Assembly: GCA_020444325.1 (NCBI GenBank)
Contig: JAHLLD010000014.1
Location: 41,410-105,409, forward strand
Length of the DNA stretch: 64,000 bases
Reading direction: 5' to 3'
Source: a bacterium
GTDB lineage: Bacteria > Bacteroidota > Ignavibacteria > SZUA-365
The position numbers and the translations under genes were made by a program. This document shows positions 9,566 to 18,472 of this stretch, in pieces (within the stretch, counting starts at the first letter, position 1; every line of letters begins with the position of its first letter). The notes below the pieces were generated by a model. It saw only the letters and a program-made list of their open reading frames with translations, did not search any database and was not told where the DNA came from.

Positions 9566-11083
9566 ATGCTGACATTTTTTAACTCTGCTTTTCCATTTGT
9601 ACTTCTGTTCTTGTGCTCACCACTTTGCGCACAAACGGAAGCAGACGAGCCCTACGAACTCCCCCGTGTGGGCTCGGAGCTGGATCTGAATGAGATCAGG
9701 TATTTCCAACTCTTCCCCGATTTGGAGGTCGATGACGTGAAGCTGGACATCCGCGTGAATGCAATGAGAAACGGGAAGGATTCGGTGAATTTCATCATGA
9801 CAGGAAAGGATGTACCGCAGGATGCCAGGTCGCGCCGAACAATCTCTGCGGAGGCGACTAGCGTGCTGCGCATACTACTGGAGAATTTCGAAAATATTGC
9901 CTGCTGCACTTCACCGTTTGAATTCTGGGCATCAGACTGGGTACCGGATTCAATTAATGCGAGAAACAACGAATTGTGGTCCCAGGATATTGTGCCGTGG
10001 CAATGGGAAACAGCGTTGCAGTTCGGCGAGCACATGAAAATCGCGCTCAGGAATGATGAATACATTGAGGGCACCCTCATCGGTGCGACAGCGCGACGGC
10101 TGATACTATGGACTGCGAACGGCCCATTCAATCGTGACAGTTTCGATGGCAACGTCTTCACTATTCCCCACGACAGCGTTCGTAGCATTCTCTTGGACTC
10201 TTATGAACACTGGACAGCGGGACTGTTTGCACTCGCAGCCTGGAGTATTCTGCCATCAACGCCGATGACGGGATATCATCTGAAGGATGGAGGGTCCTTG
10301 ATCGTTGCAAAAGTCTTCACACTGCTCCTGGGTTTGCCTGCCTTCCTGATCCCTGTCCAAACCACGCTGCGTTTTGATCATGACACAGAAAATGAAGTGA
10401 GCTTCGAGGATCACGATCTATCCGAGAGTACAGGTATGAGATGGGGAGTGCCGCCAGAACTGCTACGATACCTCAATCTCCCTCCCTCCGAACCACTAAT
10501 TAATGAAACCGGTGCAGCTCTCCCGTATGCAGAGGGTACGGTGGACGAAACAGACATTTCACAGCCATCACTCAAGATCGGCTTCGATCAGATCATCCTT
10601 AGGACAAACAAGGCTGTCGACAGCAGATTGTTGTTGAGTCTTGAAAGCAGCATCTGGCCCGCTTCCGTGAGAAATGACTATGTCGCAGGAGGAGCCGTGT
10701 TGCGGGGTGGGATGAACTTCCTGGGCTCCATATCCATCGAGGGAAACATTGCAGGGAGAGTGGGCCCAGTTGAACTGACGGCGGGGTTGCGCTACATGCA
10801 CATCGCCAACGCGATATATTACCCCAACTATGGCACCTCGTATGAGAAACATGAGATCCATCCGGATAATATCTGGGGAGAGTGCTACAGCTCGTTTGGT
10901 GTGGGAGTCAACATCTACAGTCTCCAACTGCGCTTTCAATATCTGACTCAGCTCTCTCCCTCCGCACGCATCATTTCAGACCACTCAGGACCGGACATGT
11001 GGGGTGAGTTTGTGCGGACATCCACAGCCGACGGAATCCGTGTGACAGCAGTCACCTTTTCCGCCTCGCTTCGACTGTTGTAA
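9566..11083 (+). CDS. uncharacterised envelope protein, paralog 4 of 4
   Basis: The ORF track gives 9539..11083. ATG 9566 gives MLTFFNSAFPFVLLFLCSPLCA|QTE, followed by EPYELPRVGSELDLNEIRYFQLFP. The C-terminus contains CYSSFGVGV...YLTQLSPSARI and ends VTAVTFSASLRLL. Confidence 0.8.
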   Translation: MLTFFNSAFPFVLLFLCSPLCAQTEADEPYELPRVGSELDLNEIRYFQLFPDLEVDDVKLDIRVNAMRNGKDSVNFIMTGKDVPQDARSRRTISAEATSVLRILLENFENIACCTSPFEFWASDWVPDSINARNNELWSQDIVPWQWETALQFGEHMKIALRNDEYIEGTLIGATARRLILWTANGPFNRDSFDGNVFTIPHDSVRSILLDSYEHWTAGLFALAAWSILPSTPMTGYHLKDGGSLIVAKVFTLLLGLPAFLIPVQTTLRFDHDTENEVSFEDHDLSESTGMRWGVPPELLRYLNLPPSEPLINETGAALPYAEGTVDETDISQPSLKIGFDQIILRTNKAVDSRLLLSLESSIWPASVRNDYVAGGAVLRGGMNFLGSISIEGNIAGRVGPVELTAGLRYMHIANAIYYPNYGTSYEKHEIHPDNIWGECYSSFGVGVNIYSLQLRFQYLTQLSPSARIISDHSGPDMWGEFVRTSTADGIRVTAVTFSASLRLL

Positions 11084-11179
11084 TTCCGCGAGTGAATAGT
11101 AGCAAGGTTGCAGAGACCAGGCACGACTACCCATGAGCAAGTGTCAGGGGTTTGACGGTGAAACCTGAGGCAGTTACTC

Positions 11180-12853
11180 TCACGCAGCCTGGTGCAGATG
11201 ACGTCGAATGGTCTGCGATGCCGACTTGGGGAAGGGCTGTGCCTGTATGAGCACACGGTCGATGCGGCTGTAGCGGCTGACGCGTTTGTTAATCCATGTC
11301 TGGATTTCAGGCAGCAATTCTTCCACGCGCAGGCGCAGCATCATCGCGTCGTTTTTTCCATGCAACTTTTCGGCGTCAGCGATTTTCTCAAGATCGAAGT
11401 GAACATATGCGAGCAGCTGATTTCCCTTCTGCTTTACCAATGATTCGTTGATATAATCGTGACGATTCAACACAGCCTCAATGTCCTCCGGATGCACATT
11501 GATTCCATTCGGTCGAATGATCACATTTTTCAATCTTCCTTTGAGAAAGATGTATCCTTCGTCATCGACGATTCCGGTATCCCCTGTCCGCAACCAGCCG
11601 TCCTCGGTAAAAGCTTTCTGTGTCAGTTCCGGCTCGTTGTAATACCCCTTCATGACACAGGGGCCCTTCACCTGGATTTCCCCTTCCCCACTTTCAGGAT
11701 CTGGATCCGAAACACGGAGTTGCATTCCTTCGAGCACACGCCCGGATGACTGAAACCTTGTATGCGCCGGTTCGCAACCGGTAAGCAACGGTGCGGTTTC
11801 CGTCATGCCGTATCCGACCGCATACGGGAAACCGGCTTCCACAAGGAATTCTTCCACCTGATCATTGAGACGGGCGCCCCCGATTCCAAAGAAGCGCAGC
11901 CTGCCACCGAACACTTCCAGCAGCTTCTCCCCCGCCTTACGGTACAGGATGCGCTTTCCGAGATCCGTCCCAGACACGAGATCCATCATCTTGTTCGGCG
12001 TGAGTCGTGGACGAATCTGTTTATGAAAAATCGACTCCATGACCAGCGGGACGGTGAGCATCATCGTGGGATGCACGCGTTTGAAGGTTTCCAACAGCAT
12101 TGGCATGGAAGCCTGCTTTGCGACATAGTGCACCTCGGCACCGGACATGAAGGGCAGGAGGAACCCCAGCGTGCACTGGTACGCGTGAGAAAGCGGCAGA
12201 ATCGAAACAAAAACATCATCTTCCTTCACCGGCTGCATACGCGTCGCCATGACAACGTTGTGCGTGAGATTGCCGTGCGTGAGCATCACGCCTTTCGGTG
12301 TCCCGGTCGTTCCTGACGTATATATAATGACAGCGACGTCATGCTCGCTGACCCTGGCTGTGTTCATTCCATCAGTCCCAGCCTGAAGCAGGCTAACGCC
12401 GCGTTGCTTCGTTTTGTCCCAGAATGCTGGCGTCAAAACTTCGAAGGTGTCGAGCAGCACCATGACTCCTGCCTCGCAGCGCTGCTCTGTCTTGATGCGG
12501 CTCGCCTGATTGAGGGAAATAAAAATCAGTTTGCAGCCGGCATGCAGCACAATGTTGCGTACTTCTTCGAGCTGAAGATCGGTATGGATGGGCACGGCGA
12601 TCGCACCCATGGTTACGATTGCGGCGTATGCGATGGTCCAGTTCGGACTGTTCTCCGCCAGTATGGCGACACGATCACCGGGACGAATACCCATGCCATG
12701 CATTGACTTGCGCAGTTCAGCAATGCGGCAGCCGAATTGTGCATAGGTGACAGTATCGCTTCCCTCCATGGCCATGGCTGTGCGGGATGCATATTCGTTG
12801 ATTGCAGTCGAGAACAGGTCGGGGAGTGTGAGGGGATGGGAGAGCTGATTCAT
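11180..12853 (-). CDS. AMP-dependent synthetase/ligase, probable long-chain fatty-acid--CoA ligase
   Basis: The ORF track gives 11180..12922 with a GTG start. I prefer the internal ATG (MNQLSHPLTLPDLF). ANL-superfamily motifs present are IIYTSGTTGTPKGVMLTH, GYGMTE and RTGDTG. Confidence 0.85.
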   Translation of the reverse strand: MNQLSHPLTLPDLFSTAINEYASRTAMAMEGSDTVTYAQFGCRIAELRKSMHGMGIRPGDRVAILAENSPNWTIAYAAIVTMGAIAVPIHTDLQLEEVRNIVLHAGCKLIFISLNQASRIKTEQRCEAGVMVLLDTFEVLTPAFWDKTKQRGVSLLQAGTDGMNTARVSEHDVAVIIYTSGTTGTPKGVMLTHGNLTHNVVMATRMQPVKEDDVFVSILPLSHAYQCTLGFLLPFMSGAEVHYVAKQASMPMLLETFKRVHPTMMLTVPLVMESIFHKQIRPRLTPNKMMDLVSGTDLGKRILYRKAGEKLLEVFGGRLRFFGIGGARLNDQVEEFLVEAGFPYAVGYGMTETAPLLTGCEPAHTRFQSSGRVLEGMQLRVSDPDPESGEGEIQVKGPCVMKGYYNEPELTQKAFTEDGWLRTGDTGIVDDEGYIFLKGRLKNVIIRPNGINVHPEDIEAVLNRHDYINESLVKQKGNQLLAYVHFDLEKIADAEKLHGKNDAMMLRLRVEELLPEIQTWINKRVSRYSRIDRVLIQAQPFPKSASQTIRRHLHQAA

Positions 12854-13097
12854 GGTGGATTCCTCGGCAGGACGACATGAGGGAAAGGCAGCACCCATAC
12901 AGGTACTGCTTTCTATCACCACGCTGTATGCATAATACGAAGCGAAATCCTACAGAATACTGAACCGCGTATTACAATATGAACAGGTTGATGCAGGCAG
13001 AACTGCGCAGGCAGCTGCGCAGTGTCAGCCGCAGATGTGAAATACTCCCTTTTCTTCCGTATTATACCGGAAACTCTTTTACCATACGGGAGAGCGC

Positions 13098-13499
13098 ATG
13101 AACACCTTTCGAGTTTTTCTGGCTGGCTTTCTGACGCTGGCCATGCTGCACGTTTTTGCAACCTGCAGCGATGACGACGGGGGCACACAGCCCAACAATC
13201 CCCCCACAGTGGACGTGGAAAAGATTCATGAAGCTGCGCAGGGCATCGAAGATGCATTCCGCACGGCGAAAACCGATGCCGTGCTCGCAGTGCTGACGGA
13301 AGAAGCACAGCAGCAGTACGGAGAGGGCCTCGACGATATCACCGGTGACATGCCGGCGTTTGCGGACGCAATACAATCGCGCCGGCTCACTGGCTACAAC
13401 GAATTCTACGCCGAGTATTCCTACGAAAAGGATGGCAATACGTTCACTATCGCCCTCGCTGCACAGGAGGAAGGCGACTGGAAACTGATGCGGTTTTAG
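13098..13499 (+). CDS. hypothetical lipoprotein
   Basis: The 133-aa product has a signal peptide with lipobox LHVFAT|C followed by SDDDGG. It lies 9 nt upstream of the next gene, so the two are probably an operon. Confidence 0.7.
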   Translation: MNTFRVFLAGFLTLAMLHVFATCSDDDGGTQPNNPPTVDVEKIHEAAQGIEDAFRTAKTDAVLAVLTEEAQQQYGEGLDDITGDMPAFADAIQSRRLTGYNEFYAEYSYEKDGNTFTIALAAQEEGDWKLMRF

Positions 13500-13508
13500 G
13501 AGCGAAGC

Positions 13509-15431
13509 ATGAAGAAAACAAAAAACACAATCGCATGGTTGGCAGGGGCATCCTGCTATATCGTGCTGGCACTCACCCTTTCGGCATACGACAATGCGGA
13601 AATGCATCCTGCAATCAATGACAATATCGTCGATCGCTTCCTTCAAAAAGTGGTCAACGCACTGAATCCACCGGATGAGATTAAGGGCTATACGTTTGTG
13701 CTCAATGGCAGCCATGAGTACGTCGGTCCCGCCGTAACAGCCGCCGGCTACTTCGCATCGACAACGACGGAAAGCGACGTCTCGAAGAAGCCGAAGGAGT
13801 GGATCGCACACGGTGGGTTTTCAGCAGACGTCCCGGAGGTCCCGGCGGCCCTTCGGCATTTCTATGATCCGAAGGGAATCGACGGGGGAAAGACCTGGCT
13901 TACCGATCGTGGTACGAACTGGGAATGGCTCGTAAACAACGGCGCGTTCAATCCGCAGATCAATGCGCGGGACTGGGCGCTTACCCATGATGACAACCCG
14001 TGGTCTTTCGCGAAAGGCAAGCAATACATCAGACAGGCACTTGCCGCGGAAGACGATGCCCAGCGCGATGCACTCATGGCGAAAGCCTGGCGCTGCCTGG
14101 GTGAAACGCTGCACCTCGTGGCGGATATGGGGTGTCCCGTGCACGTACGCAACGATTCGCATGCCGACCTCGCGGGATGGCAATACCGCCGCGCACTCGG
14201 CGACCCGGATCCATACGAAGTCATGGTTACACCCGCATTTGCTGCGAAGTACGCAGGTGGGAAGGTTGATCCTGCGCTGCAATCCGCATGCCGCGGAGCC
14301 GAGTCTGCGACAGAGATTTTCAATTCCCTCGCCACGTTCACCAATGAAAACTTCTTCACAAACCAGACCATCTCCGGGACGGGGGTGAAAAAATTCGATC
14401 CGATTATCAAGGGACGACCGGCCTACCCCTCCCCCAAACTTGAGAACCTTTCATATGATCCGACAGATTTCACTTTCTACAAGACATTCCCTGGCGGCCA
14501 AAAGGTAAAGATGTGCAAGGACCGCTCGTACTGGTATTTCCGGGGCCAGCCGTACATCGATCTCGAATGTGTGGAATCACAGGCAAGCGTGCTGATGCCG
14601 AACATCATGGAAGCCGGCTCGAATGTAATGCGTCTGTTCATGCCGCACCTGAAGGTGAAAATCAGCGAGGCTACCGCTGACGGATCGGTGAAGGGCAGTG
14701 TCACACATCTATCGACGAAGGAGTATACTTCCACTGCCACCTGCAGCGGCACAGTTCGTATCCTCGTGAAAAACAGCATCGTGGGTGAAGGACTGCTCAA
14801 AGCCGATGGCAGCTTCGAACTCGAAGGTGTGAACATTGAGAAGGATGACGAAGTTGTCGCGGAGTACCGCATCGGCGGTATATATGTAAGATCGGAACCT
14901 GTGATCGCAGGCGATCCAGGCATCCTTGCCGAGCTGCAGTCATGCACCACCGTCGCCGTCGAATTCTCTGCGGTGAACAAGTATGCCAATGGACAGGAAA
15001 TCGATGAAACTGCGGCATACGGCGCGACATACCTGGACGAAAGCATCGGGATGCAGCCTATCGCATGGAGCGGAAGATCATTCAGCTTTTCACTTGTGTA
15101 CAGCAACTCCACGCTCTCTACGGACTGGAGTCTCAGCGGAACGGTATCAGCCGATGGCAGAACCATTGAGAACATGCGCATCACCTCCATTACCCAATGG
15201 TCTGGCGGAGCAACCGAAAACGACGAAATGCGCCTGCGTGACCTCCCGCTCGACGAGACATACAGCCTCGTCCCTGTCGGCGAGTTCAACTATGGCAGCT
15301 ACTACCCGGAATGCCAGAACATGCTCGAGTTTTTCAAATGTCAATACGAAGGATCCTCACAGGGACAGTTCGACTACGTTGAAACCCTCTGGGGTCCCAG
15401 CGACAGGTTATACGTGAGCTTCTACAAGTAG
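13509..15431 (+). CDS. secreted protein with zinc-dependent phospholipase C / P1-nuclease-like His/Asp motifs
   Basis: The 640-aa product has an N-terminal signal or anchor sequence. The motifs AEMHPAIND, LRHFYDP and GETLHLVADMGCPVHVRNDSH resemble the metal-ligand blocks of Zn_dep_PLPC-type proteins. The C-terminal half is beta-rich and unassigned. Confidence 0.5.
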   Translation: MKKTKNTIAWLAGASCYIVLALTLSAYDNAEMHPAINDNIVDRFLQKVVNALNPPDEIKGYTFVLNGSHEYVGPAVTAAGYFASTTTESDVSKKPKEWIAHGGFSADVPEVPAALRHFYDPKGIDGGKTWLTDRGTNWEWLVNNGAFNPQINARDWALTHDDNPWSFAKGKQYIRQALAAEDDAQRDALMAKAWRCLGETLHLVADMGCPVHVRNDSHADLAGWQYRRALGDPDPYEVMVTPAFAAKYAGGKVDPALQSACRGAESATEIFNSLATFTNENFFTNQTISGTGVKKFDPIIKGRPAYPSPKLENLSYDPTDFTFYKTFPGGQKVKMCKDRSYWYFRGQPYIDLECVESQASVLMPNIMEAGSNVMRLFMPHLKVKISEATADGSVKGSVTHLSTKEYTSTATCSGTVRILVKNSIVGEGLLKADGSFELEGVNIEKDDEVVAEYRIGGIYVRSEPVIAGDPGILAELQSCTTVAVEFSAVNKYANGQEIDETAAYGATYLDESIGMQPIAWSGRSFSFSLVYSNSTLSTDWSLSGTVSADGRTIENMRITSITQWSGGATENDEMRLRDLPLDETYSLVPVGEFNYGSYYPECQNMLEFFKCQYEGSSQGQFDYVETLWGPSDRLYVSFYK

Positions 15432-15467
15432 AGTCTGCGGAACATTCCCCGTTTCCCATTCCCCATT

Positions 15468-15500
15468 CGGCCGGACAAGAACGTCCGGCCGTTTTTTTTC
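15468..15500 (+). terminator. intrinsic terminator
   Basis: CGGCCGGAC-AAGAAC-GTCCGGCCG is followed by TTTTTTTT, 37 nt after the stop of 13509..15431. Confidence 0.8.
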
Positions 15501-15700
15501 ATCTCTTCAGATCCCGATCCGTATTGTCCCATCATTCCCTCAGTCGTTCTCCCAGGTAGTCTCTCAACTCCTGTACCTGCTTCTGATCGGCAAGGATGAA
15601 CTCGTGACGCCGATCCGTCACGACGGATTGGATGATTGCCACGAGCGTGGAAGCGTAATATCACCCGGATATTCGTTCCCATCAACAGAGTATCGGGTCA

Positions 15701-15726
15701 AAATGGGTGGTACTACCCATTGACAT
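15701..15726 (+). promoter_or_regulatory. palindrome abutting a TTGACA box (AAATGGGTGGTACTACCCATTGACAT), candidate operator/promoter
   Basis: The near-palindrome ATGGGTGGT/ACTACCCAT runs into TTGACA. TACCTT lies 17 nt downstream. It sits 83 nt upstream of 15809..18361. A nearly identical sequence occurs at 55246..55273. Confidence 0.45.
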
Positions 15727-15808
15727 ATCCTCCTGCACCCGATACCTTTCCACTGTCATCATCCTCACATTCGGCATCGTTTCCTCGAGTCACACTTGAC
15801 AGGAGGTT

Positions 15809-18361
15809 ATGATGAAACCACAGTTTGCTTCAGGACGTGTTGCGATCACCGCGTGCTTGATAGGGATATTCTTCAGCATGTGCATTCCAGGATCTTTCTG
15901 CAACGCACAGCTGCCGCAGACCTTCACACTGAAAAGCAGCAATCCGCACATGACTTCAGCGTCTGCGCTCGCATATGCGGGCAATGATCTGCTGTTTATC
16001 CTCGGGGACAACGGGGGACTCTGGGCGTACCGCGTGAGCGGAGGTGCGTTCGAGGTGCAGGGGTTCTATCCTGCCGCCAGCGCGTTTGACCGCCTGGAAA
16101 TTGCGCCGGATGGCGTGATCTACCTTTCAGGGCGGGACGGCCAGCTCACGGCACTTATTTTTGCAGGAAACGAATTCGTGAGCATTGCAAGTTCCGCGAT
16201 CAGCGTGGAGCAGAACGACATGGCAATCGGTCCTGACGGCACAATCTACCTGGCGTCAGGATATGCGGGGCTCGTGGCATTGCGCCGGGAAGGAGCGGCA
16301 TTTCGACTGATTGCACAGGATGCGGGAATCGAGAAGGCCCGTGCTGTCGCGGTGGGTGCGGACAACACCATCTTTGTGGCCGGAGCCGCGCAGGGAGAGC
16401 TGAAGGCGTACGAGCTGAACGGACGCAACCTGATACCTGCCGGCGAGATCAACAGCGACGCGTTTACGCCGACGGACCTCGTCGCCGGAGACGACGGGAT
16501 GGTGTTTCTCGCTGATGCGGAGAGTGGCCTCAGTGCATATACGTTCGACAAACATGCACTGATCAGGGTCGCGGAGCTGAACGACGGCGGCACAGCTCAG
16601 CGTATCGCCGTTGCCAACAATCGCAGCATCTATATCGCAAAGGCGGATGCCGGCATTTGCGGATATATCTTCGACGGCTCCCGGTTTCACAGCAACGGAA
16701 CCTGGAGCTGCAGCAACGCCGACGCCCGCGACCTGGCTACGCGGGAAGACGGCACCGTGTTGATCGCAGATGGCAACGACGGCGTTCGATTAATCTGCTG
16801 CGACGCGACACGCAGCGCATGTCTCGCGCATTGTGATCAGAACACCGACGCGAGAAGCGTCGCCGTCACTTCCGATGGGATCGTCCTTCTCGCCAACGGC
16901 ATGGATGGATTGCGTGCCTATCGCGATACGGAACCTATCCTGGAGTGTGTCGCGTGGACGAACCACGATGCATCCGAAGATATCCACGCGTGTGCTGTCA
17001 CGGTGGATCAGCGCGACCGGGTGTTTCTCGCGCATGACAATTCCCTGTCTGTCTACACGCTGTCGTACATGCAGTTCAACCACATCGCTTCGACCAGCAT
17101 CGTGGGTGAATGCCGGAGCATCGCCGTCAGCCCGACGGGATGGGTGTACGTTGCCTGCGGGGAGAATGGCCTCAGGGTCTTCCAGTTCGATGGAGCGACC
17201 CTCTTCCCCGTCGCACATGCCTATGAGTGCAGCTTCGCGTACGATGTGTCTGTTGGAGAAGATGGAAGCGTCTATGTCGCCACGGGCGAGAACGGACTGC
17301 GCGTGTATCGCATGCTGGATGGGGATTTCCACTGTACAGCACAATACCATCCGATGGATCCCGTAAACGGAAAAGTCCTGAGCGTCACCGCCGGACCCGA
17401 CGCGACGGTATTTCTCGCATGCAGCAGGGACGGACTGATGGCCTTCAGAAATACCGGCACAGCGCTGACCCCGCTCGACATCATCGACTTCTTCCCGTAC
17501 ATGGGTGACTACGCGGGGGCTACCAGTGTACACCGAACCGAGGATGGCAGCATCCTGTTTCACTACGAGACCTATCCGGGCATGGACATCGCAGGTCTGT
17601 ATGCCTGTGTCTTTGAAAACGATCGGTTTTCCATCAGAGCACATTTCATCGAAGCAGATAACGCAGTAGATATCACTTCAGGCGCGGACAATAATGTGTA
17701 TGTCCTCAAGAGCGATGGCGGAGTACTCGGCTATCACTACAACAGCCTGCCACCGGCTCCGTCCATCAAGGTGAGTCAGCAGGAAGTAGATTTCGGGGAG
17801 GTCCCAATCGGTGCGAACAGGTACCAGTCGGTCTCCATCGCAAATGAGGGGAGCACTCCGCTGAGAATACGTGATCAGCGCCTGTCTTCGTTCGAAGCAG
17901 AGCGCTTTGAAATACTTGAGCCTCTCCCGGACCGTATCCGGCCGGGTGAATGCTCTCGTCTCAGGCTTCGCTTCTCCTCTTCGCGGGAAGGACCTATGCA
18001 GACCGACCTGATCATACTCACGGATGCACCGGATTGCAGCGAGATTCATCTGCCGGTCCGTGCCGTGGCTTCCGGCAACTGCGTCCATTCCGACGCAGGC
18101 ATCACGTCTCTTGATCAGAACACGCCGAATCCATTCAATCCTTCGACGACGATTCGCTTCCGTGTCGCTGATGCGGGAAAGGTCAGCCTTGAAGTGTACG
18201 ACCTCATCGGCAAACGGATTGCCACCCTGATGGATGGCATGCTTCCAGCAGGACAGCATACCGTACACTTCAATGCAGCCGATCTTCCGAGCGGCATGTA
18301 CTTCTATCGCATGCACACCGACAACGCAGTGATAACACGGAGAATGATACTCACCAAGTAA
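15809..18361 (+). CDS. T9SS-sorted beta-propeller-repeat protein
   Basis: AGGAGG precedes the ATG. There is a signal peptide (..GSFCNA|Q). More than 10 degenerate repeats have a recurring DG(T/S)(I/V)(Y/F)(L/V)A....GL.AY pattern. An Ig-like segment (VDFGEVPIGANRYQSVSIANEGSTPLRI) follows. The T9SS CTD reads NTPNPFNPSTTIRFRV...GMYFYRMHTDNAVITRRMILTK. Confidence 0.85.
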   Translation: MMKPQFASGRVAITACLIGIFFSMCIPGSFCNAQLPQTFTLKSSNPHMTSASALAYAGNDLLFILGDNGGLWAYRVSGGAFEVQGFYPAASAFDRLEIAPDGVIYLSGRDGQLTALIFAGNEFVSIASSAISVEQNDMAIGPDGTIYLASGYAGLVALRREGAAFRLIAQDAGIEKARAVAVGADNTIFVAGAAQGELKAYELNGRNLIPAGEINSDAFTPTDLVAGDDGMVFLADAESGLSAYTFDKHALIRVAELNDGGTAQRIAVANNRSIYIAKADAGICGYIFDGSRFHSNGTWSCSNADARDLATREDGTVLIADGNDGVRLICCDATRSACLAHCDQNTDARSVAVTSDGIVLLANGMDGLRAYRDTEPILECVAWTNHDASEDIHACAVTVDQRDRVFLAHDNSLSVYTLSYMQFNHIASTSIVGECRSIAVSPTGWVYVACGENGLRVFQFDGATLFPVAHAYECSFAYDVSVGEDGSVYVATGENGLRVYRMLDGDFHCTAQYHPMDPVNGKVLSVTAGPDATVFLACSRDGLMAFRNTGTALTPLDIIDFFPYMGDYAGATSVHRTEDGSILFHYETYPGMDIAGLYACVFENDRFSIRAHFIEADNAVDITSGADNNVYVLKSDGGVLGYHYNSLPPAPSIKVSQQEVDFGEVPIGANRYQSVSIANEGSTPLRIRDQRLSSFEAERFEILEPLPDRIRPGECSRLRLRFSSSREGPMQTDLIILTDAPDCSEIHLPVRAVASGNCVHSDAGITSLDQNTPNPFNPSTTIRFRVADAGKVSLEVYDLIGKRIATLMDGMLPAGQHTVHFNAADLPSGMYFYRMHTDNAVITRRMILTK

Positions 18362-18384
18362 AAAAAGCCCCATACGCATGCGAG

Positions 18385-18414
18385 ACGCCCCGGTCCCCCG
18401 CAGGACCGGGGCGT
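18385..18414. terminator. GC-rich hairpin between convergent genes (possible bidirectional terminator)
   Basis: ACGCCCCGGTCC-CCCGCA-GGACCGGGGCGT forms a 12-bp stem. There is an A-run upstream (18361-18366) but no clean T-run on the plus strand. Confidence 0.5.
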
Positions 18415-18472
18415 TCTGTCTCTCCTCCATCGCCAGTTCCTCACATGCCGCATTCCGTGTCACGCACCTTCC

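Noticed and set aside
15532-15657. A short minus-strand reading frame ..TLVAIIQSVVTDRRHEFILADQKQVQELRDYLGERLRE* that looks protein-like. It could be a gene remnant or a 36-aa ORF from GTG 15642.
   Set aside because: It has no ATG, no ribosome-binding site and no recognisable family. It is too short to distinguish from chance, although it could be a decayed fragment.
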